DNA of 64,000 nt, taken from Epiperipatus broadwayi. Its lineage: Eukaryota > Animalia > Onychophora. Of this stretch, positions 37,962-51,942 are shown in pieces (the first letter of the stretch is position 1; the number at the start of each line of letters is the position of its first letter). A model generated the notes under the pieces. That model did no database searches. It was given only the letters and a program-made list of their open reading frames with translations, and was not told where the DNA came from. The DNA is taken from NCBI GenBank assembly GCA_028023455.1, contig JAQFVV010000008.1, positions 7,254,001-7,318,000 on the forward strand, in the 5' to 3' direction. The translations under genes were made by a program, and so were the position numbers.

Positions 37962-40900
37962 TATATATATAAAAATATGTACATAATTGTTCTTACCTGC
38001 TCAGGACTTATTACTTAGTCTTGCTAAGTTTTTCTCTTACTTCAATCATAATACTTAATCCTATAAGTTCTATATAAAATCTTTATTTTATAGAACTTAT
38101 AGAAGTAAATTCTGTATTGATTTTATTTTGGGATCAGTAAAAATTAATTACCATATTTTTTCCTCCATTAAATGTAAATTATCAATTCTTTTTTTATTAT
38201 TATCTATATGTGATATAAATTCATAGTTACAGAATAAAAATGTTATTCTGTAGTTTTTGTTAATAACATGTATTTAATTTATTCTTCCTATGTGTGTATG
38301 CATTTAAATAGAGATATATGTTAGTTTCCACATTCACGTAAATTATTTTACTGCTAATTTACGCCACTTAATTTAAACAATATTGGAAGATAAAGACTTC
38401 GATTTTTAATCCTATTATTTTTTTATGGGTAATAATAATGAAAGAAAATGATTGCGAGTAATTAATTTCTGGTTAAACATCATAAACTATAAAGCGTGCT
38501 ATTATTTAGCTTCTAAAGTAACACTGTACTACTGCTATATCTAAATATCAATTTCCTGACATAAATGTCAACTTCAAAAGTTTTTTTCAAGCAGTGTTTA
38601 ATATCAGATTACAGCTATTAATTTAAAATAATATAGTGTATTTTCTTTCTCTTTTGTCATTTGCTTGCAATTGCATATCGGAAAGTTTTTTTTTTTAATG
38701 GCAAAAAAACATTAAATCTAATAATAGTTATTTTATGTTCTAGGAATAAGTTGGGTTTTCCGGGCGAAAACAAGTCAGACCAGCGAAAATTTTTACCGTC
38801 GTGGTATATTATAGAACAATATTGAAAACTTTAACAGGCCTCATATATATAAATTAATTTAATAACAATTAATAATAAGCGTCTGAAAAATTCGAATTTT
38901 TCAGTTTTTTTTAAAGGTTACAGCCTTAGTAAATATTACTTAATATAACAATGTGCGTTTAATAAAATTTATTTAATAACAGTTAATAACAAAATGTTTA
39001 TTTATTTGCTCTACACCTTGCGATATATAAATATTATATGTTATATAGTAATTTACAATTTTTTAAAAGTATTATATTTATATCATCACTTTCAGTCATT
39101 GATAACTCACTTCAAGGCAAAGAACTTTCCAGTATTTCCATAGGATTTAATATTACTAACATTTCTTTTGTCGATTCAACAAATTCCCTACCTTAAAATA
39201 GATTATTTCTATTATATTGAAGTCTCAAAGATCATATATATTAAATATTTTATTTTTCTTACAAATATACAAGTCCCCTCACAGAAGTGTGTATTTGCTT
39301 ATTGATAATAAAAATTACAGATATAGCCTTGCTTATTAAGCCTAGAGGGACGAATAGGAGTTTTTTATCCTAACAGTTTTAATGCCATTCAAATACTGTG
39401 ATCAAGATATTTTAGTTGTTAATTTCTTCTCATTCATGATGGTCAATCATTATTTTTATCTTCACTGAATATTATTTTAATCCATACGCAAGTGTATGGT
39501 CTATCTTAGTAGCGCATAATCTTTTTATACTTGTGATTCTCTTTTTTCATTTGCAATCCTCTGCCTTGGACAAAAATTTTGCACATCCATTTTTTATTTT
39601 TACTATGCCCAAATTATGAGTACACATGTATAAGGATGTTCATAATTAACTTTAATTCACATCTATATTTCTTAATATTTTAATATTAAGCACACAGGAC
39701 CACAGTTTGCAGGTATGCAATGCTTCACTAATGGAGATGCCATATCATCATGATATCTAATAAAATTTATATAGAAATGGAAATGTTTAGATTTCCAAAT
39801 CACTCCATTGTTAGAAACCCCCTCTGGATCATAAATATTTGTTATTTAAATATGAGAGGATTACTTTTTTACTTAGTCTTGTGACAATTGCTCAAAATAT
39901 AATACATATTATATATTCTACCATTGCATTCAACCAAACAAACCAACCATGAAGATAATTAACAAAATTTATATGTAAATGAAAATATTTAGGTTTTAAA
40001 TCACTTTTATTTAAATATGTTAATTTGTATAAAAAATGGCACATTACTATTAATAATTTAATTAAAAATAAACTTATTTAAAGAATATTGCCATATAATA
40101 ATTATAGTAATTCTGCAGTATGCTGGTCAACTGTCAAATAGTAAGCAGTTACATTTATTGGTAATATTTTATAAGTATCAGTATAGGTTTGACATAACAG
40201 TGTTTGACATTACACAGTGGTAAAGAATCAAGATTCTGAAATATGAAATCTTGGAATTGATTCCTGTGCTGTCTTGAATTTTTTATTTATTTAATACAGT
40301 TATTATCTTTTTTTCTCAATACCATTATTATTATTTTTTTCTTTTTTATACCATATTATATATTATTATTTTTTACATATTTTACTATGCTTTTCTATGG
40401 ATTTGGATTGTTGTGGGAATTTGTTATCTAGTTAAAAAACTCATAATTGCTTCTTAATATTACTCAAATATATCTGAAAATTATTGTTTTTGATTTCAGG
40501 CAGTTTAAATTCAAGAAAAACAGAAATAGTAAAAAATGCAATTTTAAAAAAAGATATGTGTCAAAATATTTAATTCTTAACAAATTCCATTATATCAATA
40601 TTATATTATTTAATGCTACTCAGTTGGATGTGACTACATAATCTAACATTAAAATAAAGTGCAAATCCATATTAAAGGCTTCTAAAAATTTATTGACTAA
40701 ACAATGCATGAAAATTTAATATGATAAATTCTATGATATGCATATAATAAAGTATAATGTGTATAATATAATTAAGTTATTAACAATGAAATAACTAGTG
40801 CATAAGAAATTAAATAACTATAATTATGTTATTATTTAATTAATATAACTGTTAAAGAAAATGTAAACAAATTATGTATAAAAGATTCTGAATTAAACAA

Positions 40901-41260
40901 AAATGAATATAACTATTAACATAAAAGTGAACAAGTTATATATGAGAGATTTTGAATTAAACAAAAAGTAACTAATAGATTTTGAAACAAGAACTATTTT
41001 TAACAAACTAATTGACATGTCAGCTTATGGTTTTAGTAAGCCCAATGGTTGCATGGATTGTAAAGGTAAGTAAACTAGAAGTAAAATTATTTATATCATA
41101 TCAAATAAAAATTAGTTGAAAATTCTATTAGTCCGGTAGTTAATAAGGATTTTTCTAAACATGAATCTGATCATAAGTTTACAGAATTACATTTTTGTAA
41201 TTTACTATGTGAAAAATTTCTAGAAATTATTTTAATTAATAATTTGTTAGCGCATTACGT

Positions 41261-41753
41261 AAGTAATATATATTAAGACTATAACCTTAAGATTATGCGC
41301 CTAGATGCGACAGTAGAGATCTCTACAAATCTTAACACAGATTAAACTTTAAAAGATAAGAGCAGCCACTCTTATCATCAACCTACTTTTTAATTATATA
41401 GATGAATCTAAAGGATTTTGATTTGAGAGCATGAACAAATTATTAATTACAACCTTAAATTGTCATAAAAGATTTCTAATTATGAGAGCTTCACACTGAC
41501 TTGCTGTAAATCAAAAGTTTTGCATATGTTAGCTTGTATAGAAATAGTGGACTTAATCAGTGAAGTAGTTAATAGCTTCACACTTTCAAATCAAAATGAT
41601 TTAGATTCACTTATATAATTAAAAAGTAGGTCGAATATAAAAGTGGCCGCTCTTGTCTTTTAAAGTTTAATCTTGTGTTAAGATTTGTAGAGGTCCCTAC
41701 TTTTGCATCTAGGTGCATAGTCTTAAGGTTATAGACTTAATATATATTACTTA
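41261..41753. mobile_element. MITE with ~115-bp TIRs
   Basis: TAAGTAATATATATTAAGACTATAACCTTAAG..GATAAGAGCAGCCACT (41261-~41372) is inverted at ~41642-41753. Confidence 0.85.
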
Positions 41754-42544
41754 AAAATTATTTTGTGGAAACCAAAGACAAGAGAAAAAATACATAAATA
41801 AAAAGACAAAAGTTTAAATAATTATAATTTGGTAATTATAGTATTCATTTAGTTTTAATTTACAAATTTTATTTCATGGGATGGTGACACTGGATTTTAA
41901 TTTGCACAAAGGCTCCTCTTAAAAATGTGGTAGCTTTGTAAATACATATGGTTTGAAATGAAATTTTTAAAAGAAATCATATACTTACAAAAAAAATTAT
42001 GATGCATACAAAAACAATTCATTTTCATATCATTATTATCTATTTTTAAAAATTAAGTTTTTTTGCAAAAAAACAACAACTTATCATTATCTAAAAGTTA
42101 AGACAATGTTTTAAAAATTTTTGTGACCCAGAAATTTTACATAATCCCTCAGAGGCTTGATACCCATGGTTTGAGCACCACTATTTTATCTACTTGATTG
42201 ATATACATTGTTTTATCACTAAGTGAAAGTAAAAATAAATTGTCTGCATTTATTTTTGAATTTATGATGACATGTATATATGAAATAAACTGAAGAAAAT
42301 AATATAATTTGCAAAAAAAAAATGTATTAAATAAAACAATGCAAAAGGTAGTCCATACACAAAAAGTGTATGAAATAAAAATAATGAAAGGTTAATATTT
42401 GTTTACCAACTTGTATTTTGGGTCATATTCCATTTGCATTGATTATTTCTTTATTTGCTTGTTGAAACAGCTCAGTTTAATGCTTTTATTTGGTAATCTT
42501 GCATAAAATGAAAATAAACAAAAGGTATTGCATGAAATATATAT

Positions 42545-43053
42545 TGTGACAGTCAGATGATGTATGTGGTTTAACGCAGTTCGAATACTAGGTGAAAGTA
42601 CCTTGGAGAAAACTTTTACATATATCTGTTACTTCAAATCCCCTATTCCTATTCTTCCAATAAAAAAATGAAATTTGGCCCACGTTGTTGGCGTCAGAAT
42701 GCGGGAAAAAAAATCTTATACGTCTACCTATATTTTCAAATACCCTATTCCTATTCTTCCAATAAAAAAATGAAATTCAGCACACGTTGTTGGTGTCAGA
42801 ATGCGGAAAAATATTTAACTGTGACAGTCAGATGATGTATGTTGGTTTAACCCAGTTTGAATACTAGGTGAAAGTACCTCAGAGAAAACTTTTACATATA
42901 TCTATTACTTCAAATCCCCTATTCCTATTCTTCCAATAAAAAAATGAAATTCAGCCCCACATTGGGCGCCAGAATGTGGAAAAAAATTTAACTGTGACAG
43001 TCAGATGATGTATGTTGGTTTAACCCAGTTCGAATACTAGGTGAAAGTACCTC
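42545..43053 (-). repeat. Tandem array (~173-bp unit) of LTR end + tRNA-Lys PBS + leader
   Basis: TGTGACAGTCAGATGATG starts at 42545, 42820 and 42993. Three tRNA-3'-end-like motifs at 42677-42696, 42778-42798 and 42954-42971. The last, GCCCCACATTGGGCGCCA, differs by one base from the tRNA-Lys(CTT) 3' end plus CCA. Confidence 0.75.
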
Positions 43054-44539
43054 GAGGCCATCCGTACATGAGATATTAAATCAAGAATACTATGACTTCT
43101 GCCCTATTTGCCTATTCTCGAGGCTTATTACGAACAAACAACATTATCTGAGACACACATAAATTATTTTCTCACCGGCCACAAAGCTTAGCAACAGAGG
43201 TAGAAACATGGATGGGAACACCTATGGAGCTAAATAGTTAAATGTGCAATAAAAGTACTAAAAAACACGTGTTTTGCGTGCCTGGATCATTGGAAAAGCA
43301 AAATAAAGCATTACAATAACATTAGAAAACTCAAGCTATTTTAGTTAAATAATATGTTTAATTAACAACTTTAAAATATGAATAATGATTTAATGGCCTC
43401 TGCTATTCCCCTAAATTAATGAAAACTAATTAGACAATAAAAACATTAATATGTTTGCAGTCTAAATCTTTTCTTCCCAATTTTATTAAAATTGTCAACG
43501 CGAATCTCCTCGATAAAGTACAATAATAAAAATCTTTCACAAAGCATTTTTTAATTGCTTTGCGCTAAAACAGAGTTTAAAAATTATTTAAAACGTATAT
43601 AGCTAAATCTGATATATGTAATAAGCCAGTGGCGGACAAAAGAGGCATTATCGAGGAGATCAAGTTGGCAAACAAAGGAAACTTACTGGTATGGAATTTA
43701 GAAACGTAAATAAAATTGGAAAGAGATTTTAAATGAAAAAATTAACTTTTAAACTTAACTGCAATGGACTACAAAATATATATACATGTTAGTAATGAAG
43801 AATAGCGAAGGAAAAAGGGTTAAATATATATAGATAGATAGATGATCACGCAATATCTATCTAAGACTAGTCTAATAAAAAATGGTTACATAAATATAAT
43901 TAAATACATTTCAAAAATATAATTCAGTGATGCAATTAAGAAAGGTATGAACAAAAAAGGGTAGAAAGTAAATAGTTCAATGGAGGAGAGATACGATTAC
44001 CATCCATTTTTATTCTTGGTCATGTTCCCTCGACGAGCGTAGCTTGATCCATCCATCAATAGGTATTTGCCCAGACAAGGAAAGTGGAAATAAGTAGCAT
44101 GCTTTTATGAAAAGTCCTACAGACATGGCACAGAGTTCAGATGACTATTGAGTGGATACTAAGGCATTTTGATGGTATTTAGGAACCTCAGCAATAGGCA
44201 AAGCAATTTTTTGCCTAGCCAAGCATAGTAGAATCCATCAAATTCATATGACTTTTAGCTTGAGCATGTTCAAACTTCTCCATGATTTTGAAGATGACAG
44301 TTGTATAACTTTTTGGAATAAAATCTCAACAAGCAAAAGCAAAATCTGCCAAGAGTTCTCCCAAGAGAAATCTGACTGAAATTTCCAAAAGGAAAATCTG
44401 AATGCCAGCAAGAAAACTTTGAATAACCAAGTCTTTTGTTCTCACTTTTTATTTATACCCTCTTTGTCAGCTACCTTCTATTGTTTGTATGATCATAGAT
44501 CTTGATAAGCCCCTCCCACTCCTTTGTTTCAAGGTAACA
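42993..44539 (-). mobile_element. Candidate ~1.5-kb LTR
   Basis: Minus strand begins TGTTAC (44539) and ends GTCACA (42993). TATA-like GGGTATAAATAAAA near 44455, followed by the Lys PBS after a 21-nt spacer. No TSD was found. Confidence 0.4.
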
Positions 44540-45135
44540 TTTTCTAAACATAACTTTTACTTTTTTACTCTAAATTTCTTTCTTTAAAGTTTGAATTTTA
44601 TTAATTAAAAAAGAAAGAGAAGGCCATCTTTAATTTGCCTTGAATGGGCTAATTAATTAAAAATATACATTCTTTTAGAAAATGTTGGCGGGCTTATCTC
44701 AAAATCAAATCATACTAAATATTTTAACAAGATTTAAAAAGAAAAATACATTCTTATTTCTTTTAATAAAATAAGCATTTTATTTCAGCAGAATTTTGCA
44801 TTAACTCATATATATACGCTTGACATATATATATGTTTGACTAATAGGTTTTACAAGTAATTTTTATTAACAGAAATCTAATCTTAGAATGGAATTTATT
44901 TAACAAAATATTTAAATGCAATACAAATTATATAAACGTAATTAATTTTAGCTTTAATGCAAAACCCTGCTGATATTGGACTATAAACTTAATTCAGGTC
45001 TATAATACTAACTAAGTTTATAGAAGGCTGTGAAGCATGGATCGGACTTCAGATCCATTGCTTCAATATTAAATAAAAGAAATCAAAGAACATTGTTCAC
45101 ACCTGTGTTTTAAGTGAGAGCAATAAATAGCTAAT

Positions 45136-48100
45136 TGTTATGTATTGGGTTATGAGACATCACAAAAGATTAGCTGCAGGATTAACATTTTTCAGTCACG
45201 AACTTTAGTAATGGTGTCAACACATTTTTGGTTGGACTTACAATTTAAACCCACTGTAATGAAGGTACGTACAGCCACATATCAAATATAATTAATGTAT
45301 TGTATAAATAAATGTTAAGTGTAAACAAACTGATTAGTAATTGTATTAAATTGGATGTGGACATAACACAAATATTGGCGATAAAGATGGGATATTAAAT
45401 GAATGGGCAAAAATTAACAAGAGCAATGCTGTATAAAAATATATATATATGGCAACTAGCATATGTAAACATGCAATTCGTCTCACTTAAAAAAAAAATG
45501 CAAACGTTCAGATAAAATTTAGATTTGTCAACTTATTATACCATGTAATGGCTACTATCGGATCTCTTGCATCATTCGACATTGACTCACCACACCTGTG
45601 GGATACATATGGGTTGCAAATGGATTTTCTTTCGAAGCGAATAACATGAATTCTGACAACAGGAAGCATGCAACTCTCCTTGCTGCATGTGGTCTAAAAA
45701 CTAAGCATTCTGCGCTCCCTTATATCTCCAGAATTGCCTCAGGAAAAATCGTACCAAGGCATCATTAAAATACTAAAACAGTATTTTAACCCACAGCCAT
45801 CCATCATATACCAGTGCTTTCAATTTCATTAGTATTGGCAATGAGAGGGAGAAAGTGTGAGCACATTTTTGGCAGACCTTCGACATATGACAGAGGGTTG
45901 TGAATTCAGACTTTCACTTACAGAATGTCTTCGGGACCAATTCATCTGTGGACTTTGCGATGAGGCAACATAACACAAACTACTAACAGAAGAAAACTTA
46001 ACCTTGGAAATGGCTGTTCAGCATACCTTAGCCACGAAGGCAGCATCAATACAAGTGTGTGAAAAGCTCATCCACAACAACCGTGGACCTTATTCAACAG
46101 AACAGACCAACAGTTCACCGTAATAATCCTCTATGGTCACTAACACCCTCTCAAACACCGGCGTTCAAAAGAAACAATGAAACCCCTTGGTCAGGAACCA
46201 CTACTTGCGATGGATGCAGCAGTCAGCATAACCAAGCAGAATGTCCTTTTAAAAGAACCAAATGCCATTTCAGTCAGAGAATGGGACACCTAGCAATGAA
46301 ATATTCCAAGGACACCTAACCAGTACATGGCAGTGACTGAATTGGAAGATGAAATTGTAGATCACATCCACGAAGTGCACCTCAATGGCTAGACATGTAA
46401 AGCTATCACACATATACTCATAAACAGCAGAGAATATTCCATAATGTCATATAATACATTCTCGGACATATGTAAGGAACTGATACCTAAATTACAACCA
46501 GTCGATATCATACTAAGAGACTTTCAACATCATGCAATAGCATTTAAAGGGCTATGCATAGTACCTATACAATATGGAAAGGACACATGCCACTTACGAT
46601 TGTTGGTAGCAGAGAGCCCATGCACAAGTCTATTGGGCTGTGAATGGTTCAGACCTCTGGGTATTACACTAACAAGAGTTCATAGTATTACTGAACCATC
46701 CATCCAAGATGTCATTAGCAAGTATCCACAAGTATTCAACCCATCAATAGGAACTTATAAGGGGCCAGCAGTTTCACTGCCAGTGGATCCAACTTATCCT
46801 CTGATTAGAATGAGAGCCCAGCCATTACCTCTTGCCATGAAAAATAAGGTAGATCTTGCATTACAGATACTGCTCTGGGAAGGAATCATTGAGCCAGAGA
46901 ACAACCCAATATGGACAACACTGGTGGTACCAATCCTCAAGACTACAGGAGAAGTGAGATTATGCGGTGACTACAAGGTGACTGTCAACAAGGTCCTCCA
47001 GAATCACCCATACCCGATACCTGCAGTCCACCACCTTTTGGCATCTCTTCCACCTAGCTCTATTTTCACAAAAATAGATTTGGCCAAGGCTTATCTTCAA
47101 CTCCCAGTCAATGAGGCATCAGAAAATATACAAGCCATCATCACTCATCAAAGAGCTTTTTGTGTGAAATGCTTACAATATGGAATCTGTGTGACACCTG
47201 GGATATTTCAATGTGTCATAGACAACTTGCTGGGAGACATCCCTGGAGTTTATCCATACTTCGATGATATCTTAATCTGTGCCACATCAAAGAGCGACTT
47301 ATGTGCAAAATTACACACAGTGTTGGAAAGACTGTCATGCAGTGGATTAAGGGCAAACAAGGAAAAATGTGTCTTCGGAGAAAACACTGTTGATTTCCTG
47401 GGATATAAAATTGATAATAAGGGCCTCCATCCATCACCAAGAAAAGTGGATGCAATTAGAAATGCCCAATCCCCAAGGAACAAAAGAGAACTAAAAGCAT
47501 TTCTAGGACTCTTAAACTTCTACAATAATTTCCTTCCAGGCTGAGCAACCATAGCCAAACCCCTACATCACTTACTACAAACAAACGTCACATGGACCTG
47601 GACAATGAGTCATGAAAAGACATTTAAAAAACTTAAGGAGGCATTGACCTCTAATATTGTATTGGTTCCATTTGATCCTACCAGGAGGTCCAGCTTACGT
47701 GTGATGCTTCACCATATGGAGTGGGGTCAGTGCTAAGTACATGATTGCCAAATGGATTAACTTCCCCAGTTGCTTTTGCCTCAGGCACCTTATCTAAAGC
47801 TGAAAGGAACTACACGCAAATAGACAGGGAAGCTTTGTCGATAATATTCGGAATTAAATGTTTCCATCATTTTCTCTTTGGAATCAAATTCAAAATAAAT
47901 ACAGATCATCAAACACTGCTAGGCGTATTTACTTCAGATAAGCCAACACCCATAATATTATCACCCAGAATGAAAAGATGGGCACACACACTAAATTATT
48001 CTTTTAAGCTGGAATACAAACCAGGAAGGAGGATTGCAAATTTAGATGCATTGAGCAGATGCCCACTTTCATCAACCAAAGATGAAGGCCCTAAATTTTG

Positions 48101-49638
48101 TGGTGTTCTGTTTTTGGAAGAATTGGAGTTTCCCCCTGTGATGACAGAACAAGTGGCACAAGCAACATGCAGAGACTTTTTGTTAGCAACTGTAAAAAAC
48201 TATATTCTCACCACTTGGCCAAACAAAGCCACAGACATGAAACTGCAACCTTTTTTTAATAGATGTAATGAACTCGCTACACACAAGAATTGTCTGCTGT
48301 GGGAATCTCATGTCATCATACCTTCATCACTACAAAAATTCATCCTAAATGAGCTTCACATGGGTCACTCAGGCATCATAAGAACTAAGGCATTGGCAAG
48401 GTCATATGTATGGTGGCCATCGATGGACTGAGACATAGAACATCTTTAGGGAAAATGCATGCATTGCCAAGTCATAAGGCATGCATGTCCCCATGCTCTG
48501 ACACACCACTGGCAGGCACCATCGTTACCATGGTCTCGATTGCACTTGGGATTTTGCAGGCCCCATCGATGGACAGATGCTCCTCATTGTTGTGGATGCA
48601 TACTCAAAGTGGGTAGAGGTGCAGAAATTCAAACAACAACTTCAAGTGCAACAGTTGTGTCACTGCGAGAATTATTTTCCACCCACGGAATACTAGAATG
48701 TGTGGTATCCGATAACAGACCACAATTCGCATCATCAGAATTCTTGACATTCCTCATCAGTAATGGAGTCCGACATTCACGTGTCACACCCTACCACCTG
48801 GCAAATAATGATCTTGCAGAGAGGGCCATACAGGCAGTAAAAGAGAGCCTGAGACATAACACTATGTGGAAATTGGAACCAGTGTCTAGCTCGATACCTA
48901 TTAACTCAACATGTCACACCATCTACAGCTACAGGATTAAGCCCAGCTGAAATGCTTTTCAACAGACGTCTTTGTACATGCTTGGATTTCATACATCCAG
49001 ATAGAGCCACAAGAGCCGCTCCAAATACACAGAGAATACGTGAATTTCAACCAGATGATGCAGTTTTTGCACCGGTAGGGGCTCCCCTTGGATTTCTGAC
49101 ACAGTAGAACAGCGAACAGGCCCTTTGTCATATGAAGTTCAGATGGACACAGGAGTGCAACACAAGCATATAGATCAATTGCGAGCAAGAGTGACTGTCA
49201 CTGACCAATCCAGCTCAACCCCGGCAGAGGAACTGATTGATGCTTTAAAAACACTACCTTTAGCAGCAGCAGAAATCACAGACAACACCAACCCAGCACC
49301 TCTCTGCCAACCATCTCCAAAACCATACATGGAGCACCCTTCATGTCAACGTTGATGTCCAGCATATTTCGAGGACTACAAAGTCTCATTCTAAGGGGGA
49401 AGGGGTGTTATGTATTGGGTTATGAGACATCACAGAAGATTAGCTGTGGGATGAACATTTTTCAGTCACAAACTTCAGTAATGGTGTCAACACGTTTTTG
49501 GTTGGACTTACAATTTAAACCCGCTGTAATGAAGGTACGTACAGCCACATACCAAATATAATTAATGTATTGTATAAATAAATGTTAAGTGTAAACAAAC
49601 TGATTAGTAATTGTATTAAATTGGATGTGGACATAACA
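45136..49638 (+). mobile_element. Structurally complete but coding-decayed Ty3/Gypsy LTR retrotransposon (4503 bp)
   Basis: 233-bp LTRs at 45136-45368 and 49406-49638 (TGTTATG..CATAACA, 9 differences). TSD CTAAT at 45131-45135 and 49639-49643. PBS TGGCGATAAAGATGGGAT at 45376-45393, a decayed complement of the tRNA-Ser(GCT) 3' end. PPT AAGGGGGAAGGGG at 49393-49405. Contains gag with a zinc knuckle, RT YFDD (46444-47544), RNase H (47745-48100) and integrase (to ~48950), with stops and frameshifts. Confidence 0.97.
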
Positions 49639-49815
49639 CTAATCAAACGCAAGTGTGAGGTCAAATGAAATTTCAAAAATGAACTTTTTTCAGCATTAAA
49701 TTGAATTACCTTTCAGCAAGCAAAAAAAAGACAGTAATCACTGGTATTGGAATTTGATGCTGTAAAACTAGAGTCGATAAAAATTAAATATTCACATTTT
49801 TTGTTGAATTTACAT

Positions 49816-49958
49816 TACAAAAGTTTAATAAATATTTTCTTTTTGTTTTTTCTTTCTTTTATATCCATGTTGTGCATGGTGTATCTTTACAAAAGTTTAA
49901 TAAATATTTTCTTTTTGTTTTTCTTTTTTTTATATCCATGTTGTGCATGGTCTATCTT
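49816..49958. repeat. Direct tandem duplication, ~70-bp unit x2
   Basis: TTACAAAAGTTTAATAAATATTTTC..ATATCCATGTTGTGCATGGT occurs twice. Confidence 0.85.
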
Positions 49959-50299
49959 TTGATATATATAGATATTTAATACATATCTTTTAATTGCAAA
50001 ATATTTTTATTTTTATTTTTATATACACTTGCAGTCATAAATTAATGTATTTGTAGCCATAAGTTCAAGAATAAATGCAGACATTTTATTTTTTATTGAT
50101 TATTTTTTCTTTTTTTCAATAATAATTACTATGTAGATTAATAAAATAGATAGATTGTATACTATAGAAGTTTCCTTTAGTTTTTTGTTTTTAGCATTTA
50201 TATTTTGTTTATACTTATTAACTTTCATCTGATAATTCTTGCAATATTTTCCAAAATTCTGAAGCATTATTTGCAAAAACAACTATGTCCTCTGCAAAA

Positions 50300-51310
50300 T
50301 CTACATTTTTGTAAAACTATTGGAAAACATTTTGGACATATGGAATTGTCTTATCATATGTGCTTATCAATGTCAAATTCTTAGTGTCACTGTGTAATCT
50401 AATCACTGCTGCTTCATTTTGATAAATTTTCTTTAGAATACGACAATATCTTGGGTTTATATCTTGATGATTCAAAGCTTTAATCAGTATAGAAATATCT
50501 TTTTATAATCTATTAATTCAAACTATAATGTTCAACTAATTCTCATTGATTATTTCTATAACTAAGCTCTATATTTAGATTGATCTACTATGCTAAAACC
50601 CCTTTTAAGGATAGGTAGTTGTTATAGTTAATTTGAGGCCATAATTTGCTGTAAATGAGTTGTAATTATCTTGGTAAAAATTTTGCACCAAATTTCTAAG
50701 GTCTGATAGATCTATAAATTCTAATATCTATTACCTTTCTTAATTATCAATATATCCATTATTGAATTCTTCAATCATCTGGCAAATCTTTAGCATTTAG
50801 GCATTCGATATAAAGTTCTTCCAATAATTTTTCTATTCCTTCACCTGTAGATAGAAATCACAATTTCATCATCATTTAGAGATTTACCTTGTTATATAGC
50901 TTTAATTGTATGTCTTACCTCTTCATTTAAAATGCTTGGCAATTCAGAAGATGTAATTGTAAAGATTATTTTGTTTTCTTATTTTTTATTGCTATCTAAT
51001 TCTTTCCATACATTTCTTGATGTCATCTCTCTTTTTAGTAAAAATTTCACTTTTTATTGCTGAAACAATTTTCCTTCCAATATCAAGATATTGTTATATA
51101 CTTTTGAATATCCTTATTAACTTTTTATTATACCATATTATAGAATTTCAAGTATTCAACTCTTTGTAATAGATAATTTTAAAATATTGTACATTTCTTC
51201 TTTTCCTTATATATTGTCATTGTCAGATTATAAAATTGTTGTTGCGATCCAAATAATTCTACTAACATTACCTATAAATCCAACAGCAACCAAAAACAAT
51301 TTTTCTAAAT
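50300..51310 (-). mobile_element. Decayed RTE-like LINE fragment
   Basis: Minus-strand remnants ITSSELPSILNEEVRHTIKAI..GKS (~50890-50965) and a YRPISLLS-like motif (~50700-50730). The boundaries are approximate. Confidence 0.6.
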
Positions 51311-51942
51311 TTAAAATTAAAAAAAAATTATTTGGACAATGATCTAACTTTAATTAAATTATTTAGCAATAATTTTTATAGAAAAGACTATCAAACTATT
51401 TGTTTTAATTAAAGCTTGAAACATGATTTAATATGTTGATTTTTTTTTTTATCAGATTTTTACTTAATTTTAAGTTATTTTGTTTTTCTCCATTTTTTTA
51501 TTTTTATAATTTTTAAATTTTGTGCATGTTTTAACAAAGATAGTTCTTTATATTTAATATATTTTTTCCTATTATTGTTTCCATTGCTTTCTTCAGTAAA
51601 CTATTTTAAATAAATAGAAAAAACTTTTGTGATAACTAGGGGAAAGGCCTGTTCAACAATCTCTCGTAGAGGAACAGTAAAGTAGAGACAGTATTTATTA
51701 AGTTTATCAGATGTCAGATGATGATGGTTTGAGCATTTTCCCATTTTTGTGTTCTTCTAAATAATTTTAAGAAATATGTATATTACTATTTGCCTCATGA
51801 ACAAAAAATAATCAACCTTGCATATATATATTAAAATAATGTCGAACTACTGAAAACTCTCATCGAATTATATGTACATTAAATGTCAGTAAATGTAAAT
51901 ATAGAATAAATCTATCCACACTTTAGATTTGATTGTATGTAA

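Noticed and set aside
39330-39830. Possible CMC/EnSpm-like transposase remnant on the minus strand
   Set aside because: Only a GCAK..VQG-like fragment; too decayed to call.
41018-41065. Possible micro-exon (MSAYGFSKPNGCMDCK) ending at AAG|GTAAGT
   Set aside because: The donor is perfect but the acceptor is weak and no homology was recognised. It cannot be supported without RNA data.
16950-43053. CRISPR-like reading of the tandem arrays at 17 kb and 42.5-43 kb
   Set aside because: The units are repeated along their whole length with no unique spacers, there are no cas genes, and the context is eukaryotic.
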